Shown: one piece after another, positions 29,508 to 42,095 of the stretch | Numbering within the stretch: position 1 is the stretch's first letter | How the letters are laid out: each line of letters opens with the position of its first letter | Assembly: GCA_964291675.2 (NCBI GenBank) | Contig: OZ219866.1 | Coordinates: forward strand, 1,824,001-1,888,000 | DNA length: 64,000 bases | Direction: 5' to 3' | DNA from: Alphaproteobacteria bacterium | Lineage (GTDB): Bacteria > Pseudomonadota > Alphaproteobacteria > MPNO01 | Notes under the pieces: generated by a model | What the model was told of the DNA's origin: nothing | Databases searched by the model: none | Seen by the model: the letters and a program-made list of their open reading frames with translations, nothing else | Position numbers and translations under genes: made by a program

Positions 29508-31061
29508 ATGAAATTCACCTCCGGCCCGGCAATCTCGGCCAACCCCAACCCGCGCGCGCCGCTCGCCGCGGTCGTCGAATTCGCCACCGACGTGCCGTCG
29601 CGGGCGGTCGTGGACGTCTCGGCTTCGGACCGCAAATGGCGGGCCGCGCCCGGCGGCGCGGCGCGAACCCGGCACCGCGTGCCGGTGGTCGGCGTCCGCC
29701 CCGGCGAGACCTGTACGGTCACCGTCTCGGCCGAGGGGTCCGCAGGCAGCCGGATCGCCGCGCCGGCGCCGCTCTCCTTCGCCGCGCCGCCGCTGCCCGA
29801 CGGCTTCCCGCCCATCGCGGTCAAGACCTGCGTGCCGGAGAGGCGCGAGCCCGGGGCGATGCTGTTCAACATCCGCCACTCGCCGGCCTCCGAGCATCAT
29901 GACGATTTCGGTCTCATCGTCGCCGTCGACCGCGGCGGCGGGGTCGCCTGGTACTACAGCATCGGCGAGGCGGTCGGCGACGTGCGCCGGCTCGCCAACG
30001 GCAACATCCTCTATGTCGCCGACGGTCGCATCTGCGAGATCGACCTGCTCGGCGACACCGTGGCCGAGTGGTACGCCGAAGGGCGGTGGCGGGGGAAGAC
30101 GCCGCCCGCAGGTGCGATCCCGGTGGCGGCCGGGATGTTCCACCACGCCGTCATCGAGCTGCCGTCGGGCAATATCCTGGCGTGCAGCATGGAGATCCGC
30201 GAGATCGACGGATTTCCCCTCAAGGAGGAGGAGCCCGACGGCGAGACCGGGACGGCGCGGGTGGTGGGCGACGTGATCGTCGAGTTCGCGCGCGACGGCA
30301 CGGTGGCGAACGAGTACCGGCTGCTCGACCTGCTGGACCCGCGCCGGGTGTGCTATGGCAGCCGCGCCGCCTACTGGGTGCATCGCGGCTATCCCGATAC
30401 CTGCGACTGGAGCCACGTCAACGGGCTCGCCTATGACGCGGATGCCGGGCGGATCGTCGCCTCGGTCCGCCACCAGGACTGCATGCTCGGCATCGACCGG
30501 GCGCGTGGCGCGCTCGACTGGATCCTCGGCACCCCGGCCAACTGGCGCCCGCCCTGGTCGGAGAGGCTGCTCGTCCCGGAGGGCGGGCTCGAATGGCAGT
30601 ACCACCAGCACGACTGCTCGGTCACGCCGTCCGGCACGATCCTCTGCTTCGACAACGGCAACGGTCGCGCGACCCCGCCCGATCCGAAGATGGAGGACGC
30701 CGCGAGCTACAGCCGGGCGGTCGAGTTCGCGGTGGACGCGGACGCCCGGACGGTGCGCCAGGTGTGGTGCCGCGGACAAGGCGAGGACGGCACCTACTCG
30801 GCCTTTCAGAGCGGCGTCTGCCGCCTGCCCCGGACCGGCAACGCGTTCGTCAACTATGGCGGGGTGTGCACCGTCGACGGCGTGCCGTCCGGCAGGGTCT
30901 ATCTGGGACACTGCCGCGCGCGGCTGATCGAGGTCGCCCCGGGCGCGCCCGGCGAGATCGTCTTCGAGCTGGTCGTCGACGACGCGGCCGCCGACGACCC
31001 GGCGGCGCTGTCGTCGTTCCGCGCCGAGCATTTTCCCGATTTCGGGTCGGAACCCGGCTAG
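29508..31061 (+). CDS. aryl-sulfate sulfotransferase (ASST) family
   Basis: NPNPRAPLAA N-terminal domain, FHH, DWSHVN, SVRHQ, YHQHD, FDNG. Confidence 0.88.
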   Translation: MKFTSGPAISANPNPRAPLAAVVEFATDVPSRAVVDVSASDRKWRAAPGGAARTRHRVPVVGVRPGETCTVTVSAEGSAGSRIAAPAPLSFAAPPLPDGFPPIAVKTCVPERREPGAMLFNIRHSPASEHHDDFGLIVAVDRGGGVAWYYSIGEAVGDVRRLANGNILYVADGRICEIDLLGDTVAEWYAEGRWRGKTPPAGAIPVAAGMFHHAVIELPSGNILACSMEIREIDGFPLKEEEPDGETGTARVVGDVIVEFARDGTVANEYRLLDLLDPRRVCYGSRAAYWVHRGYPDTCDWSHVNGLAYDADAGRIVASVRHQDCMLGIDRARGALDWILGTPANWRPPWSERLLVPEGGLEWQYHQHDCSVTPSGTILCFDNGNGRATPPDPKMEDAASYSRAVEFAVDADARTVRQVWCRGQGEDGTYSAFQSGVCRLPRTGNAFVNYGGVCTVDGVPSGRVYLGHCRARLIEVAPGAPGEIVFELVVDDAAADDPAALSSFRAEHFPDFGSEPG

Positions 31062-31068
31062 GGCGGCG

Positions 31069-32382
31069 CTACTCCATCAGCCCGGGCAGCCACAGCACGG
31101 TGCCGGGGAAGGCGATCATCACCGCCATGACGATCAGGTTGAGCCCGACGAAGGGGAGCGCCGCGCGGTAGACGTCGTTCATCGTCGTCGACGGCGAGGC
31201 GATGCCCTTCATCACGAACAGCGACAGCCCGAAGGGCGGCGAGATGGTGGCCATCTCCAGGTTCAGCACCATGATCGCGCCGAACCACACCGGGTCCCAG
31301 CCCATCGCGCCGACGATCGGCATGAAGATCGGGATGGTCACCATGACGATCGAGGTCTGCTCGATGAACATGCCGAGAAAGATCACCGCGAGCTGCATCA
31401 GGATCAGGATGACGATGGGGTGCACCGGCAGGTCGGAGGCGAGCCGGGTGATCGCGGGCGTGACGCCGGAGAAGCTGAGCAGCTGGCCGAAGGCGGCCGA
31501 GCCGGTGAGGATCAGGAGCACCATCACCGAGAGCGAGGTCGCCGAGCCGACCGCCTTGCGGATCACCTCCCGGGTCAGGCGGCGGTAGAGCGCGGCGACG
31601 GCGAAGCTGAGCAGCGCGCCCACCGCTGCCGCCTCGGTCGGTGTCGCGATGCCGAGGAAGATCGTCCCGATCACCAGCAGGATCACCGAGACCGGCGGCA
31701 GCACGTAGCGCGCGGTATCGCCGAGCCGGCGCGGCAAGGGCGTCGACTCCACCGCATAGGCCGGCGCGAGAGACGGCTGCAAGTGGCAGCGGATGACGAT
31801 ATAGGCGACGTAGATCAGCGCCAGCAGCAGGCCGGGCACGATGATGGCGATCAGCAGCTTGCCGACCGAGAACCGGCCGAGGCTCGCGAGAATCACCGCA
31901 AGCGCGCTCGGCGGGATCATGATCGCCAGGCTGCCGCTGGCGAGGATCGGGCCGAGCGACATCGACTTCGCATAGCCCCGGCGCTCCATGTCGGGGGCGA
32001 GCGTCGAGCCCAGCATGGCGACGCTCCCCATCGCCACCCCCGTCAGGGTGGCGAAGAGAGCCCCCGCGCCGACCGCGAGCACCGCCAGCCGCCCGGCGAT
32101 GCGGCCGAGCCACTGGTCGAGCACGTCGATCATCCTGAACGCGACGCCGGAATGGAACATCACCGTTCCCATCAGGATGAACATCGGCAGCGGCACCAGG
32201 ACGAAGGTCGAGACCGACGAGTCGATCGACAGGATGAGCTGGTTGAGCCCGATGGCGCCGCCCCAGAACACGTAGACGCCGACCAGGTTGACCAGCATGA
32301 AGGCGACCGCCACCGGGATCCCGGCGAGCAGCAGCGCGCCGAGACCGCCGAAGAAACACAGCAGGTAGAACCACCATTCCAT
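31069..32382 (-). CDS. TRAP large permease DctM
   Basis: PLPMFILMG, MIPPS, ATPTEAAA, SPPFGLSLF. Confidence 0.93.
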   Translation of the reverse strand: MEWWFYLLCFFGGLGALLLAGIPVAVAFMLVNLVGVYVFWGGAIGLNQLILSIDSSVSTFVLVPLPMFILMGTVMFHSGVAFRMIDVLDQWLGRIAGRLAVLAVGAGALFATLTGVAMGSVAMLGSTLAPDMERRGYAKSMSLGPILASGSLAIMIPPSALAVILASLGRFSVGKLLIAIIVPGLLLALIYVAYIVIRCHLQPSLAPAYAVESTPLPRRLGDTARYVLPPVSVILLVIGTIFLGIATPTEAAAVGALLSFAVAALYRRLTREVIRKAVGSATSLSVMVLLILTGSAAFGQLLSFSGVTPAITRLASDLPVHPIVILILMQLAVIFLGMFIEQTSIVMVTIPIFMPIVGAMGWDPVWFGAIMVLNLEMATISPPFGLSLFVMKGIASPSTTMNDVYRAALPFVGLNLIVMAVMIAFPGTVLWLPGLME

Positions 32383-32388
32383 CGCCGC

Positions 32389-32940
32389 TCACCCCAGCGC
32401 CGCGGGCGGGGCGGCCGCGAGGCGCCGCCAATGGCGCCAGGCGCGGCGTGCGAACTGGAGGCCGAGGAACAGACAGCCCACCGGGATCGCCACGAGGTTG
32501 ATGGCGCGCGGCATCTCGAGCTCGGCCGGGATGCGGATCCCCCGCTGCCACGAGGTGATCGTCTCGAAGGCGCCGAACCCCGCCACCGCGAGACAGACCA
32601 GCGCGCCCGCCACCGAGCCCCAGACCAGCATCTGGCGCCGCGCCTCCGGCGCGATCCGCCCGACCACCAGGTCGAGCGTCACATGCTCCTCGCGCCGCAG
32701 CACCCAGGCCGCGCCGAGGAAGGTGATGTAGAGCAGCATGGTGCCGCTGATCTGGTCGATCCCGATCAGCCCCTCGCGCAGGCCATAGCGGAACACCACC
32801 TTGATCGTGGTGGTCAGCATGACCGCGATCATCAGCACCGCGGCCAGAATGGCGCCGCCGTCGACGATCAGGTCGAACGCGCGCACCGCGCGTGAACGGC
32901 GCGGCTCCGTCTCCGATCCCTCAAGGGGGCTGTCGGTCAA
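32389..32940 (-). CDS. TRAP small permease DctQ
   Basis: VVFRY, FLGAAWVLRREEHV; start codon uncertain. Confidence 0.85.
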   Translation of the reverse strand: MTDSPLEGSETEPRRSRAVRAFDLIVDGGAILAAVLMIAVMLTTTIKVVFRYGLREGLIGIDQISGTMLLYITFLGAAWVLRREEHVTLDLVVGRIAPEARRQMLVWGSVAGALVCLAVAGFGAFETITSWQRGIRIPAELEMPRAINLVAIPVGCLFLGLQFARRAWRHWRRLAAAPPAALG

Positions 32941-33003
32941 CGCCCGGAAACGCGGCGGCGACCGGCCGGCGGTCCGCGTCCCCGCCGGCCGGACGCCGGA
33001 CGC

Positions 33004-34017
33004 CTAGTTGTATCCCAGCAGACGCCGGGCGGTCGCGTATTCCTCGGCGCTCATCACCGACTTGAACTGGGCCCAGAGCGCCTCGCCGGCGGTCTTCCGC
33101 CAGTGCGCGGCCTCCGCGTCCGAGAACGTCACCAGCTTCATGCCGCCCTTCAGCATGCCCTTGAGCTGGGTCGCCTGGAAGGCCGACACCCAGCCCTGCG
33201 ACCACGCCTGGGTGCGGCCCACGGCTTCCAGCATGACCTCCTTCGCCTCGCCTGACAGCTTGTTCCACTTGGCGAGGTTCATCTTGACGCTGATGCCGTT
33301 GCGGTAGAGCGGATGGGCGATGATGAATTTCGATATCTTGTGCCATCCGAAGGCGGTGAAGCCGTCGTAATAGGGCCAGGTGAAGCCCTCGACCGTGCCG
33401 CGCTCCAGCGCCAGATAGACCTCGCTCGGCGGCAGGGTCACCGGCTCCGCGCCGATCGCCTTGACGAAGAAGCGGGTCAGCGGCGGCACGCGGATCTTGC
33501 GCCCCTTGAGGTCGCCGAGGCCGGAGATCTTCTTCTGGGTGTACATGAAATGGTTGCCGGTATGCGGCTCGCCCGAGTAATGGCCGAGATAGCGCACGCC
33601 GTGCTTCTCGAACATCTTGGAGATGAAGGCGAACAGCTCGCTCCCCGGCCCGTTGTCCGGGATCTCGTGCGGCGACAGCTCGGAGAAATAGCCGCCCGGG
33701 ACCACGCCGGCCCAATAGTTGGGCGCGCCGTACCAGACGTCGAACAGGCCGCGCACCAGCGCCTCGGGCTGGTCGAAGGTCGGCACCACGTCGCGCGAGC
33801 CCTTGAAGGTGATCTCGACCTTGCCCTTGCCCAGCTTGTTCGCCGTCTCCAGGTACTTGATGCCGATATCGGCGGCGGACGACACCTTGGGCGGCCAGGA
33901 GCCGACCATCGTCAGCTTGGTCGCCGCCGCGCGGAGCTCGCCCCCGCCCGCCGCCGCGACGGCGAGCGCCAGCAATCCCGTGCCCATCGCGGCGCTGAGG
34001 CGTTTCGCAGGTTTCAT
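33004..34017 (-). CDS. TRAP substrate-binding protein DctP
   Basis: Signal peptide, DLKGRKIRV, EVYLALERGTVEG. Confidence 0.9.
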   Translation of the reverse strand: MKPAKRLSAAMGTGLLALAVAAAGGGELRAAATKLTMVGSWPPKVSSAADIGIKYLETANKLGKGKVEITFKGSRDVVPTFDQPEALVRGLFDVWYGAPNYWAGVVPGGYFSELSPHEIPDNGPGSELFAFISKMFEKHGVRYLGHYSGEPHTGNHFMYTQKKISGLGDLKGRKIRVPPLTRFFVKAIGAEPVTLPPSEVYLALERGTVEGFTWPYYDGFTAFGWHKISKFIIAHPLYRNGISVKMNLAKWNKLSGEAKEVMLEAVGRTQAWSQGWVSAFQATQLKGMLKGGMKLVTFSDAEAAHWRKTAGEALWAQFKSVMSAEEYATARRLLGYN

Positions 34018-34155
34018 CGGATGTTCCTCCCTATGACCCGTACCGGCGGGTCGTTGTTGTCGCAATGAAGTCTAGGGCGTGCCCATCCTCGTTGGAAGCG
34101 CCGCCGTGGTCGCCAACCGCTTGACGCCGGTCCCCGTGGGCGGTCTTGTAGCGCG

Positions 34156-34662
34156 ATGAGCGCGGTGCACCGACCGTCCGAGATCCTGGAGACGCTGGAG
34201 CGGATCGGCGTGAGCGCCGCCGTCGCGGTGCCGGATGGCTGGCTCGGCGAGTTCCTGGTCAGGATCGAGCGGGCGCCGTGGATCTCGCTGGTCCGCGCGA
34301 CCCACGAGGAAGAGGCGCTGGCGATCGCCTGCGGCGCCAGGCTGGGCGGCGCCCGCACCGCGCTGATCGTCCAGAACGTGGGGCTGCTGACCATGGGCGC
34401 GGGCATGGTGTGCCTCGCCCAGCGCTACCGCTTTCCGCTGCTGATCCTCGCGTCCTATCGCGGCACGCCCGCCGATCCGGTGTTCTATCACGTGCCCAAG
34501 GGGCGGGTGACCGAGCCCGTCCTGCGCGGCTTCGGTCTCGGCTACGCGGTGGCCGACGGCGCCCGGCCGATCGGCGCGCAGGTGGAGCAGGCGGCGACCT
34601 ATGCGGAGGAGGCCTCCAGCCCGTTCGTGCTGCTGCTGGGCCAGGAGGATGTGCAGTGGTGA
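34156..34662 (+). CDS. ThDP-dependent decarboxylase alpha subunit (sulfopyruvate/phosphonopyruvate decarboxylase, ComD-like)
   Basis: AVPDGWL, THEEEALAIACGA, QNVG, SYRG. Confidence 0.8.
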   Translation: MSAVHRPSEILETLERIGVSAAVAVPDGWLGEFLVRIERAPWISLVRATHEEEALAIACGARLGGARTALIVQNVGLLTMGAGMVCLAQRYRFPLLILASYRGTPADPVFYHVPKGRVTEPVLRGFGLGYAVADGARPIGAQVEQAATYAEEASSPFVLLLGQEDVQW

Positions 34663-35285
34663 GCCGGCCCGCGCCCACCCGCGAGGCCTATTACCGGGCG
34701 ATGGCCGAGGCGCTGCCGCCGGAGACGCTGGTCGTCACCGCGCTCGGCAACGCGTCCTATCTGTGGGCCGCGATCCGCGACCGGGCGGAGAACTTCTATG
34801 TCGAGGACGCGATGGGGCTCGCGCTCCCGCTGGCGCTCGGGCTGGCGGTCGCGCGGCCCGACCGCGAGATCGTCGCGGTCGAGGGCGACGGCGGGATGCT
34901 GATGCATATGGGCGCGCTGGTGACCGTCGGCGCGGCGGCGCCCCCAAACCTCACCGTCCTGCTGATCCAGAACGGGGTTCACGCCGCCTCGGGCGGCCAG
35001 GCGCTGACCAACGCGGCGCTCGACTTCGCGGCGCTGGCCGAAGCCGCCGGCGTGGCGCGCGCCCGCAATATCGCGACCCGGGACGATTTCGGGGCGGCGC
35101 TCGGCGAGGCGCTGGCCGCGCCCGGCCCGTCCTTGCTCGCGCTCGCCACCGCGCCCGACCTCGAAATCGTGGTGCCGCCTTCCGGCTTCGATCCGGTGGT
35201 GACCAGGCGCCGCTTCCAGGACGCGATCGACGCGCCGCGCTACGTCCCCACCCTGTTCGGCGGCGGACGGCTGGTCGGGGGCTAG
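34659..35285 (+). CDS. ThDP-dependent decarboxylase beta subunit (ComE-like)
   Basis: AMGLALPLALG, EGDGG..N ThDP motif, SGGQ; GTGA overlap with the alpha gene. Confidence 0.8.
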   Translation: MSRPAPTREAYYRAMAEALPPETLVVTALGNASYLWAAIRDRAENFYVEDAMGLALPLALGLAVARPDREIVAVEGDGGMLMHMGALVTVGAAAPPNLTVLLIQNGVHAASGGQALTNAALDFAALAEAAGVARARNIATRDDFGAALGEALAAPGPSLLALATAPDLEIVVPPSGFDPVVTRRRFQDAIDAPRYVPTLFGGGRLVGG

Positions 35286-35599
35286 GCCTCGCGCTCCACC
35301 TGTTCGGCGGCGACCGCCATCAGCCGTTCCATCTCGCGGCGCACGTCGGCCGCGCTCGCGCCCCTGCCTTCGAGGTCGCCGGCTACCTTGCGCAGCACGT
35401 CGTCGTCCCCCGGCTCCTCGAAATCCGCGACCACGACCTCCTTGGCGTAGGCCTCCGCGTCGCCGCCAGAGAGACCGAGCTTCTCGGCGGCCCACAGACC
35501 GAGCAGCTTGTTGCGCCGGGCGGTGGCCTTGAACTGGAACTCCTGATCCTGCTTGAACTTGGCCTCGTAGCCCTTTTCGCGCTCTTCGAAGGTGGTCAT
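35282..35599 (-). CDS. DUF1476 / ATP synthase inhibitor zeta subunit
   Basis: MTTFEEREKGYEAKF..ARRNKLLGLWAAEKLG..ADFEEPGDDDV. Confidence 0.9.
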   Translation of the reverse strand: MTTFEEREKGYEAKFKQDQEFQFKATARRNKLLGLWAAEKLGLSGGDAEAYAKEVVVADFEEPGDDDVLRKVAGDLEGRGASAADVRREMERLMAVAAEQVEREA

Positions 35600-35742
35600 C
35601 GCCCGCTGTCTCCCGCTGGACCGGTTTCCGGCCCCGCGGGCCGCTCCGCCGACTATATGGGGCCGCGCGCCGCCCGCAACCACCCACAGGCGGCGAAATC
35701 TCGCAGGATCGGTCCCGCCCCGCCCCACCTCGCGATCCGGTC

Positions 35743-35773
35743 TTGACAAACGGGAACAAAAGAAGAATATCCT
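35743..35773 (+). promoter_or_regulatory. sigma70 promoter (-35 TTGACA) with alphaproteobacterial LexA/SOS box GAAC-AAAAGAA-GAAT (35754-35768)
   Basis: One mismatch to GAAC-N7-GAAC, positioned between the -35 and -10 in an AT-rich patch. Confidence 0.7.
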
Positions 35774-35800
35774 TCCGGATATGCAACGGAGGGTGGAAAG

Positions 35801-36220
35801 ATGGACGCTCGGTCGCCGCCCGCATTCACGCGGCGGAGGCTGTTCGGCGCGGCGCTTGGCGCGGTCGGCCTGGCCGGACCCGCCGCGGCCGCCGTCGGCG
35901 CCGCGCGGTCGCGCCGACGGCTGACGCTGCTGGAGACCTACGTCGCCGGCACCGCCTATTACGAGGCCCGCCGCGTGCGCGCCGCGCTCCGCCCGGGCGA
36001 GGCGCTGGTCCTGCGACGCGAGCCGGACAACGCCTATGACGAGCTGGCGATCGAGGTGTTCACCGGCGCCGGCGCGAAGCTCGGCTACGTCCCGCGCGCG
36101 GACAACGAACCGTTCGCCAGGCTGCTCGACGCGGGCAAGGCGGTCAGCGCCGCGGTCATCGACGTGGACCCCCACCGCTACGACGACATCCACATGCGTC
36201 TGACGCTGCGCCTCGCTTGA
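35801..36220 (+). CDS. stand-alone HIRAN domain protein with twin-arginine-like leader
   Basis: YVAGTAYY..LVLRREPDNAYDELAIEV..KLGYVPR HIRAN motifs; N-terminus FTRRRLFGAALGAVGLAGPAAA. Confidence 0.85.
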   Translation: MDARSPPAFTRRRLFGAALGAVGLAGPAAAAVGAARSRRRLTLLETYVAGTAYYEARRVRAALRPGEALVLRREPDNAYDELAIEVFTGAGAKLGYVPRADNEPFARLLDAGKAVSAAVIDVDPHRYDDIHMRLTLRLA

Positions 36221-36256
36221 CCGGCCGGGGCGACGCTCCGATGCTCCCGCGCGCCG

Positions 36257-37015
36257 ATGTGTACGCTCGTCATCCTGAGGCGGCCGGGCCTCGACTGGCC
36301 GGTGCTGATCGCGGCGAACCGCGACGAGCACGCCGAACGCCCGTGGCGTGCGCCGGGGCGGCACTGGCCCGACCGGCCCGACGTGGTCGCCGGGATGGAC
36401 GAGCTCGCCGGCGGCACCTGGCTCGGGCTTAACGACCACGGCGTGGCCGCGGGCGTGCTCAACCGGCCGGATTCGCTTGGCCCCGATCCCCGGCTGCGCT
36501 CGCGCGGCGAGCTGGTTCTCGAAGCCCTCGACCATGCCGACGCGGTCGCGGCAGCGACCGCGCTCGCCGCCCTCGACGGGCGCAGCTATCGCAGCTTCAA
36601 CCTGGTGGTCGCCGACAACCGGGACGCGTACTGGCTGCGCGGCTTCGGCGCGAACGGCGGCGGAAGGGTCGCGCTGGACGAGATCGGCGAAGGCCTGTCG
36701 ATGGTCACCGCGCACGACCCGAACGACGTGGCGGGCTCGGCGCGCACCAGGCTGTACCTGCCGCTGTTCCGCGACGCCGCCGCCCCGGACCCGGCATCCG
36801 GCGACTGGAGCGCGTGGACCGCGCTGCTCGCCGCGCGCGAGAGCCTCCCCGGGGCGGGGCCGGGGGAAGCCATGAACGTGGTGACCGACTCGCCCTTCGG
36901 CACCCTGTCGAGCTCCTTGATCGGCCTCGCGGCGGCGCATGTCGACGGCGGCAGGGCGGTGTTCCTGTCCGCCGCGGGGCGTCCCGGGGAGGCCCCCTAC
37001 CTTCCCGTGGAGTAG
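36257..37015 (+). CDS. NRDE/TANGO2 family protein
   Basis: MCTLV..IAANRDE, GGTWLG, SRGELV, FNL, FGTLSSS. Confidence 0.92.
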   Translation: MCTLVILRRPGLDWPVLIAANRDEHAERPWRAPGRHWPDRPDVVAGMDELAGGTWLGLNDHGVAAGVLNRPDSLGPDPRLRSRGELVLEALDHADAVAAATALAALDGRSYRSFNLVVADNRDAYWLRGFGANGGGRVALDEIGEGLSMVTAHDPNDVAGSARTRLYLPLFRDAAAPDPASGDWSAWTALLAARESLPGAGPGEAMNVVTDSPFGTLSSSLIGLAAAHVDGGRAVFLSAAGRPGEAPYLPVE

Positions 37016-37130
37016 CCGGCTCCTGCGGCCGATCGCCGCCATTGTTTGCGACCCCGCGAATTGTTATATGACTCCAGCGGTCGCCGACGCGGGCGCCGCA
37101 TTCCTTTCCCCAGTTTTCGAGTCGCACGCC

Positions 37131-37895
37131 ATGGCCCGCCGCAGACGGATTTACGAGGGCAAGGCCAAGGTCCTGTTTGAAGGGCCGGAGCCGGGAACCC
37201 TCGTCCAGTACTTCAAGGACGACGCCAGCGCGTTCAACAACGCCAAGACCGGCACCATCACCGGCAAGGGGGTCCTCAACAACCGGATCTCCGAATACCT
37301 GATGCTCAAACTCGCCGAGATCGGCATTCCGACCCATTTCGTGCGGCGTCTCAACATGCGCGAGCAACTGATTCGCGAGGTCGAGATCATCCCGGTCGAG
37401 ATCGTGGTGCGCAACATCGCGGCCGGCTCGATCGCCGAGCGCTTCGGCATTGCCGAGGGCACGCCCCTGCCGCGCTCCATCGTCGAGTACTACTACAAGT
37501 CCGACGAGCTCAACGACCCGCTGGTCGCCGAGGAGCACATCACCGCCTTCGGCTGGTCGACGCCGCAGGAGCTCGACGAGATCATGCACATGTCGCTCCG
37601 GGTGAACGACTTCCTCACCGGGCTGCTGATCACCGTCGGCATCCGGCTGGTCGACTTCAAGCTCGAATACGGGCGGCTGTGGACCAATGACGAGATGCGC
37701 ATCGTGCTGGCCGACGAGATCAGCCCCGACAATTGCCGGCTGTGGGACGTGAAGACCAACGAGAAGATGGACAAGGACCGCTTCCGGCGCGACATGGGGC
37801 GCGTCGAAGAGGCCTATCAGGAGGTCGCGCGCCGGCTCGGCATCCTTCCCGAGAGCGCGCCGGGCGACCTGAAGGGTCCGGCGGTGATGCAATAG
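37131..37895 (+). CDS. purC: SAICAR synthase
   Basis: [42 protein letters not shown]. Confidence 0.97.
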   Translation: MARRRRIYEGKAKVLFEGPEPGTLVQYFKDDASAFNNAKTGTITGKGVLNNRISEYLMLKLAEIGIPTHFVRRLNMREQLIREVEIIPVEIVVRNIAAGSIAERFGIAEGTPLPRSIVEYYYKSDELNDPLVAEEHITAFGWSTPQELDEIMHMSLRVNDFLTGLLITVGIRLVDFKLEYGRLWTNDEMRIVLADEISPDNCRLWDVKTNEKMDKDRFRRDMGRVEEAYQEVARRLGILPESAPGDLKGPAVMQ

Positions 37896-37902
37896 CGTCC
37901 CG

Positions 37903-38145
37903 GTGCGGGCGCGCATCCATATCACGCTGAAGGACGGGGTGCTCGACCCCCAGGGGAAGGCGGTCGGCCAGGCGCTGGCCGCGCTCGGCTTCGCCGGCCT
38001 GGGCGAGGTCCGCCAGGGCAAGGTGATCGACATCGACCTCGCCGAGACCGACGCCGGGCGCGCCCGCGACAGCCTGCGCGCGATGTGCGAGCGCCTGCTC
38101 GCCAACACGGTCATCGAGGACTACGAGATCACGCTGGCGGAATGA
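37903..38145 (+). CDS. purS: FGAM synthase subunit PurS
   Basis: [20 protein letters not shown]. Confidence 0.96.
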   Translation: MRARIHITLKDGVLDPQGKAVGQALAALGFAGLGEVRQGKVIDIDLAETDAGRARDSLRAMCERLLANTVIEDYEITLAE

Positions 38146-38200
38146 CGCGCGCGAGGAGCGGAGACCGACAGGCCATGACCCCGCCGAGAGGTCCGGCGGC

Positions 38201-38863
38201 GTGAAAGCCGCCGTCATCGTCTTCCCCGGGTCCAACTGCGACCGCGACACCGCGGTGGCGATCCGGGCGGTCGCCGGGCAGGCGCCGGCGATGGTGTGGC
38301 ATGAAGAGACCGGGCTGCCCGCGGTCGACCTGATCGCGATCCCGGGCGGCTTCGCCTATGGCGACTACCTCCGCTCCGGCGCGATGGCGGCCCATTCGCC
38401 GGTCATGCGCGCGGTCGCGGCGCGGGCCCGGGCGGGCACCGCCGTGCTCGGCATCTGCAACGGTTTCCAGGTGCTGACCGAGGCCGGGCTGCTGCCGGGC
38501 GCGTTGATGCGCAACGCGGGGCTGCGCTTCGTTTGCCGCGACGTGGCGCTCCGGGTCGAGCGCTCGGACACCGTGTTTACCCGCCGCTACGCGCCGGGCG
38601 CCGAGCTGACCATGCCGGTCGCCCACAATGACGGGAACTACGTCGCCGATGGCGAGACCCTCGACCGCCTGGAAGGCGAGGGGCTCATCGCCTTCCGCTA
38701 TCGCGACAACCCCAACGGCTCGGCGGCGGCGATCGCCGGCATCTTCGATCCCGCCCGCCGCATCCTCGGCATGATGCCGCATCCCGAACGCGCCGCCGAG
38801 GCGGTGCTCGGCGGCACCGACGGCCGCGCGCTGTTCGAGTCGCTCGCGGACAGCCTCGCCTGA
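38201..38863 (+). CDS. purQ: FGAM synthase glutaminase subunit
   Basis: [35 protein letters not shown]. Confidence 0.97.
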   Translation: MKAAVIVFPGSNCDRDTAVAIRAVAGQAPAMVWHEETGLPAVDLIAIPGGFAYGDYLRSGAMAAHSPVMRAVAARARAGTAVLGICNGFQVLTEAGLLPGALMRNAGLRFVCRDVALRVERSDTVFTRRYAPGAELTMPVAHNDGNYVADGETLDRLEGEGLIAFRYRDNPNGSAAAIAGIFDPARRILGMMPHPERAAEAVLGGTDGRALFESLADSLA

Positions 38864-38864
38864 C

Positions 38865-39619
38865 ATGGCGTTCGTTCCCCTCGGAGACGACAACCCGCGG
38901 CGCTGGATCCGCTTCCAGATCGTGACGCTGGCCATCGTCGCGGGCTGCGTGCTCGCCTTCCTGTGGCAGCTCGGGCTGAGCGCGCGCGAGTACGAGATCG
39001 CCCTGTTCCGCTTCGGCGTGGTCCCGGCGGTGCTGTGGGGCGACCGGGCGCTGCCCGCCGAAATCGCCGTCCTGCCCGCGCCCGCGACATTGCTCACCAG
39101 CATGTTCCTGCATGGCAGCTGGCTGCATCTGATCGGCAACATGCTGTTCCTCTGGGTGTTCGGCGACAATGTCGAGGACGCGATGGGGCATCGCCGCTTC
39201 ATCGTCTTCTACCTGCTTTGCGGCGCGGCCGCCGGGCTCGCCCATGCGGCGAGCGTCCCGGGATCGACGGTGCCCACGCTGGGGGCGAGCGGCGGGGTCG
39301 CCGGCGTGCTCGGCGCCTATTTCGTGCTGCACCCGAGGGTCGGCGTCTGGGGGCTGCTGTTCGGCATCATCCCGCTGCGCCTGCCCACGGTCATCGTGCT
39401 CGGCGGCTGGATCGGGCTCGAGGTGCTCAACGCGATGACGGTGCAGAGCGAAGGCGCCGGCATCGCCTGGTGGGCGCATGTCGGCGGCTTCGTCGCCGGC
39501 GCGGTGCTGATCCCGTTCTTCAAGCAGGCCCATGTGCCGTTGTGGGACAGCCGGCCGGGGGCGCGGATCCGCCGGGGGATCTCGTTCGCCTCGCGCCGCG
39601 GGCCGTGGGGGGGCCGCCG

Positions 39620-39623
<4 letters not shown>
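38865..39623 (+). CDS. rhomboid family intramembrane serine protease
   Basis: [25 protein letters not shown]. Confidence 0.93.
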
Positions 39624-41794
<2,171 letters not shown>

Positions 41795-41831
41795 CCCCGC
41801 GGGCGCGAAATCGAGGACCGCAGCAGTGCCC

Positions 41832-42065
41832 ATGGACCCGGGCGACATCGAGCGCCTGATCAAGGAGAGCCTCCCCGACGCGGTGGTCAGCATCCAGGAC
41901 CTCGCCGGCGACGGCGACCACTACGCCGCGCATGTCGTCTCCGAGGCCTTCCGCGGCAAGACGCGGGTCCAGCAGCACCAGATGATTTACCAGGCGCTCC
42001 AGGGGCGGATGGGCGGCGAGCTTCACGCGCTCGCGCTGCAGACCGCGGTTCCCGACAGCGCCTGA
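41832..42065 (+). CDS. bolA: BolA family protein
   Basis: GDGDHY..FRGKTRVQQHQMIY..LHALAL. Confidence 0.92.
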   Translation: MDPGDIERLIKESLPDAVVSIQDLAGDGDHYAAHVVSEAFRGKTRVQQHQMIYQALQGRMGGELHALALQTAVPDSA

Positions 42066-42095
42066 CCCATGCAAGGAACGCAACAGGAGCCCGAA

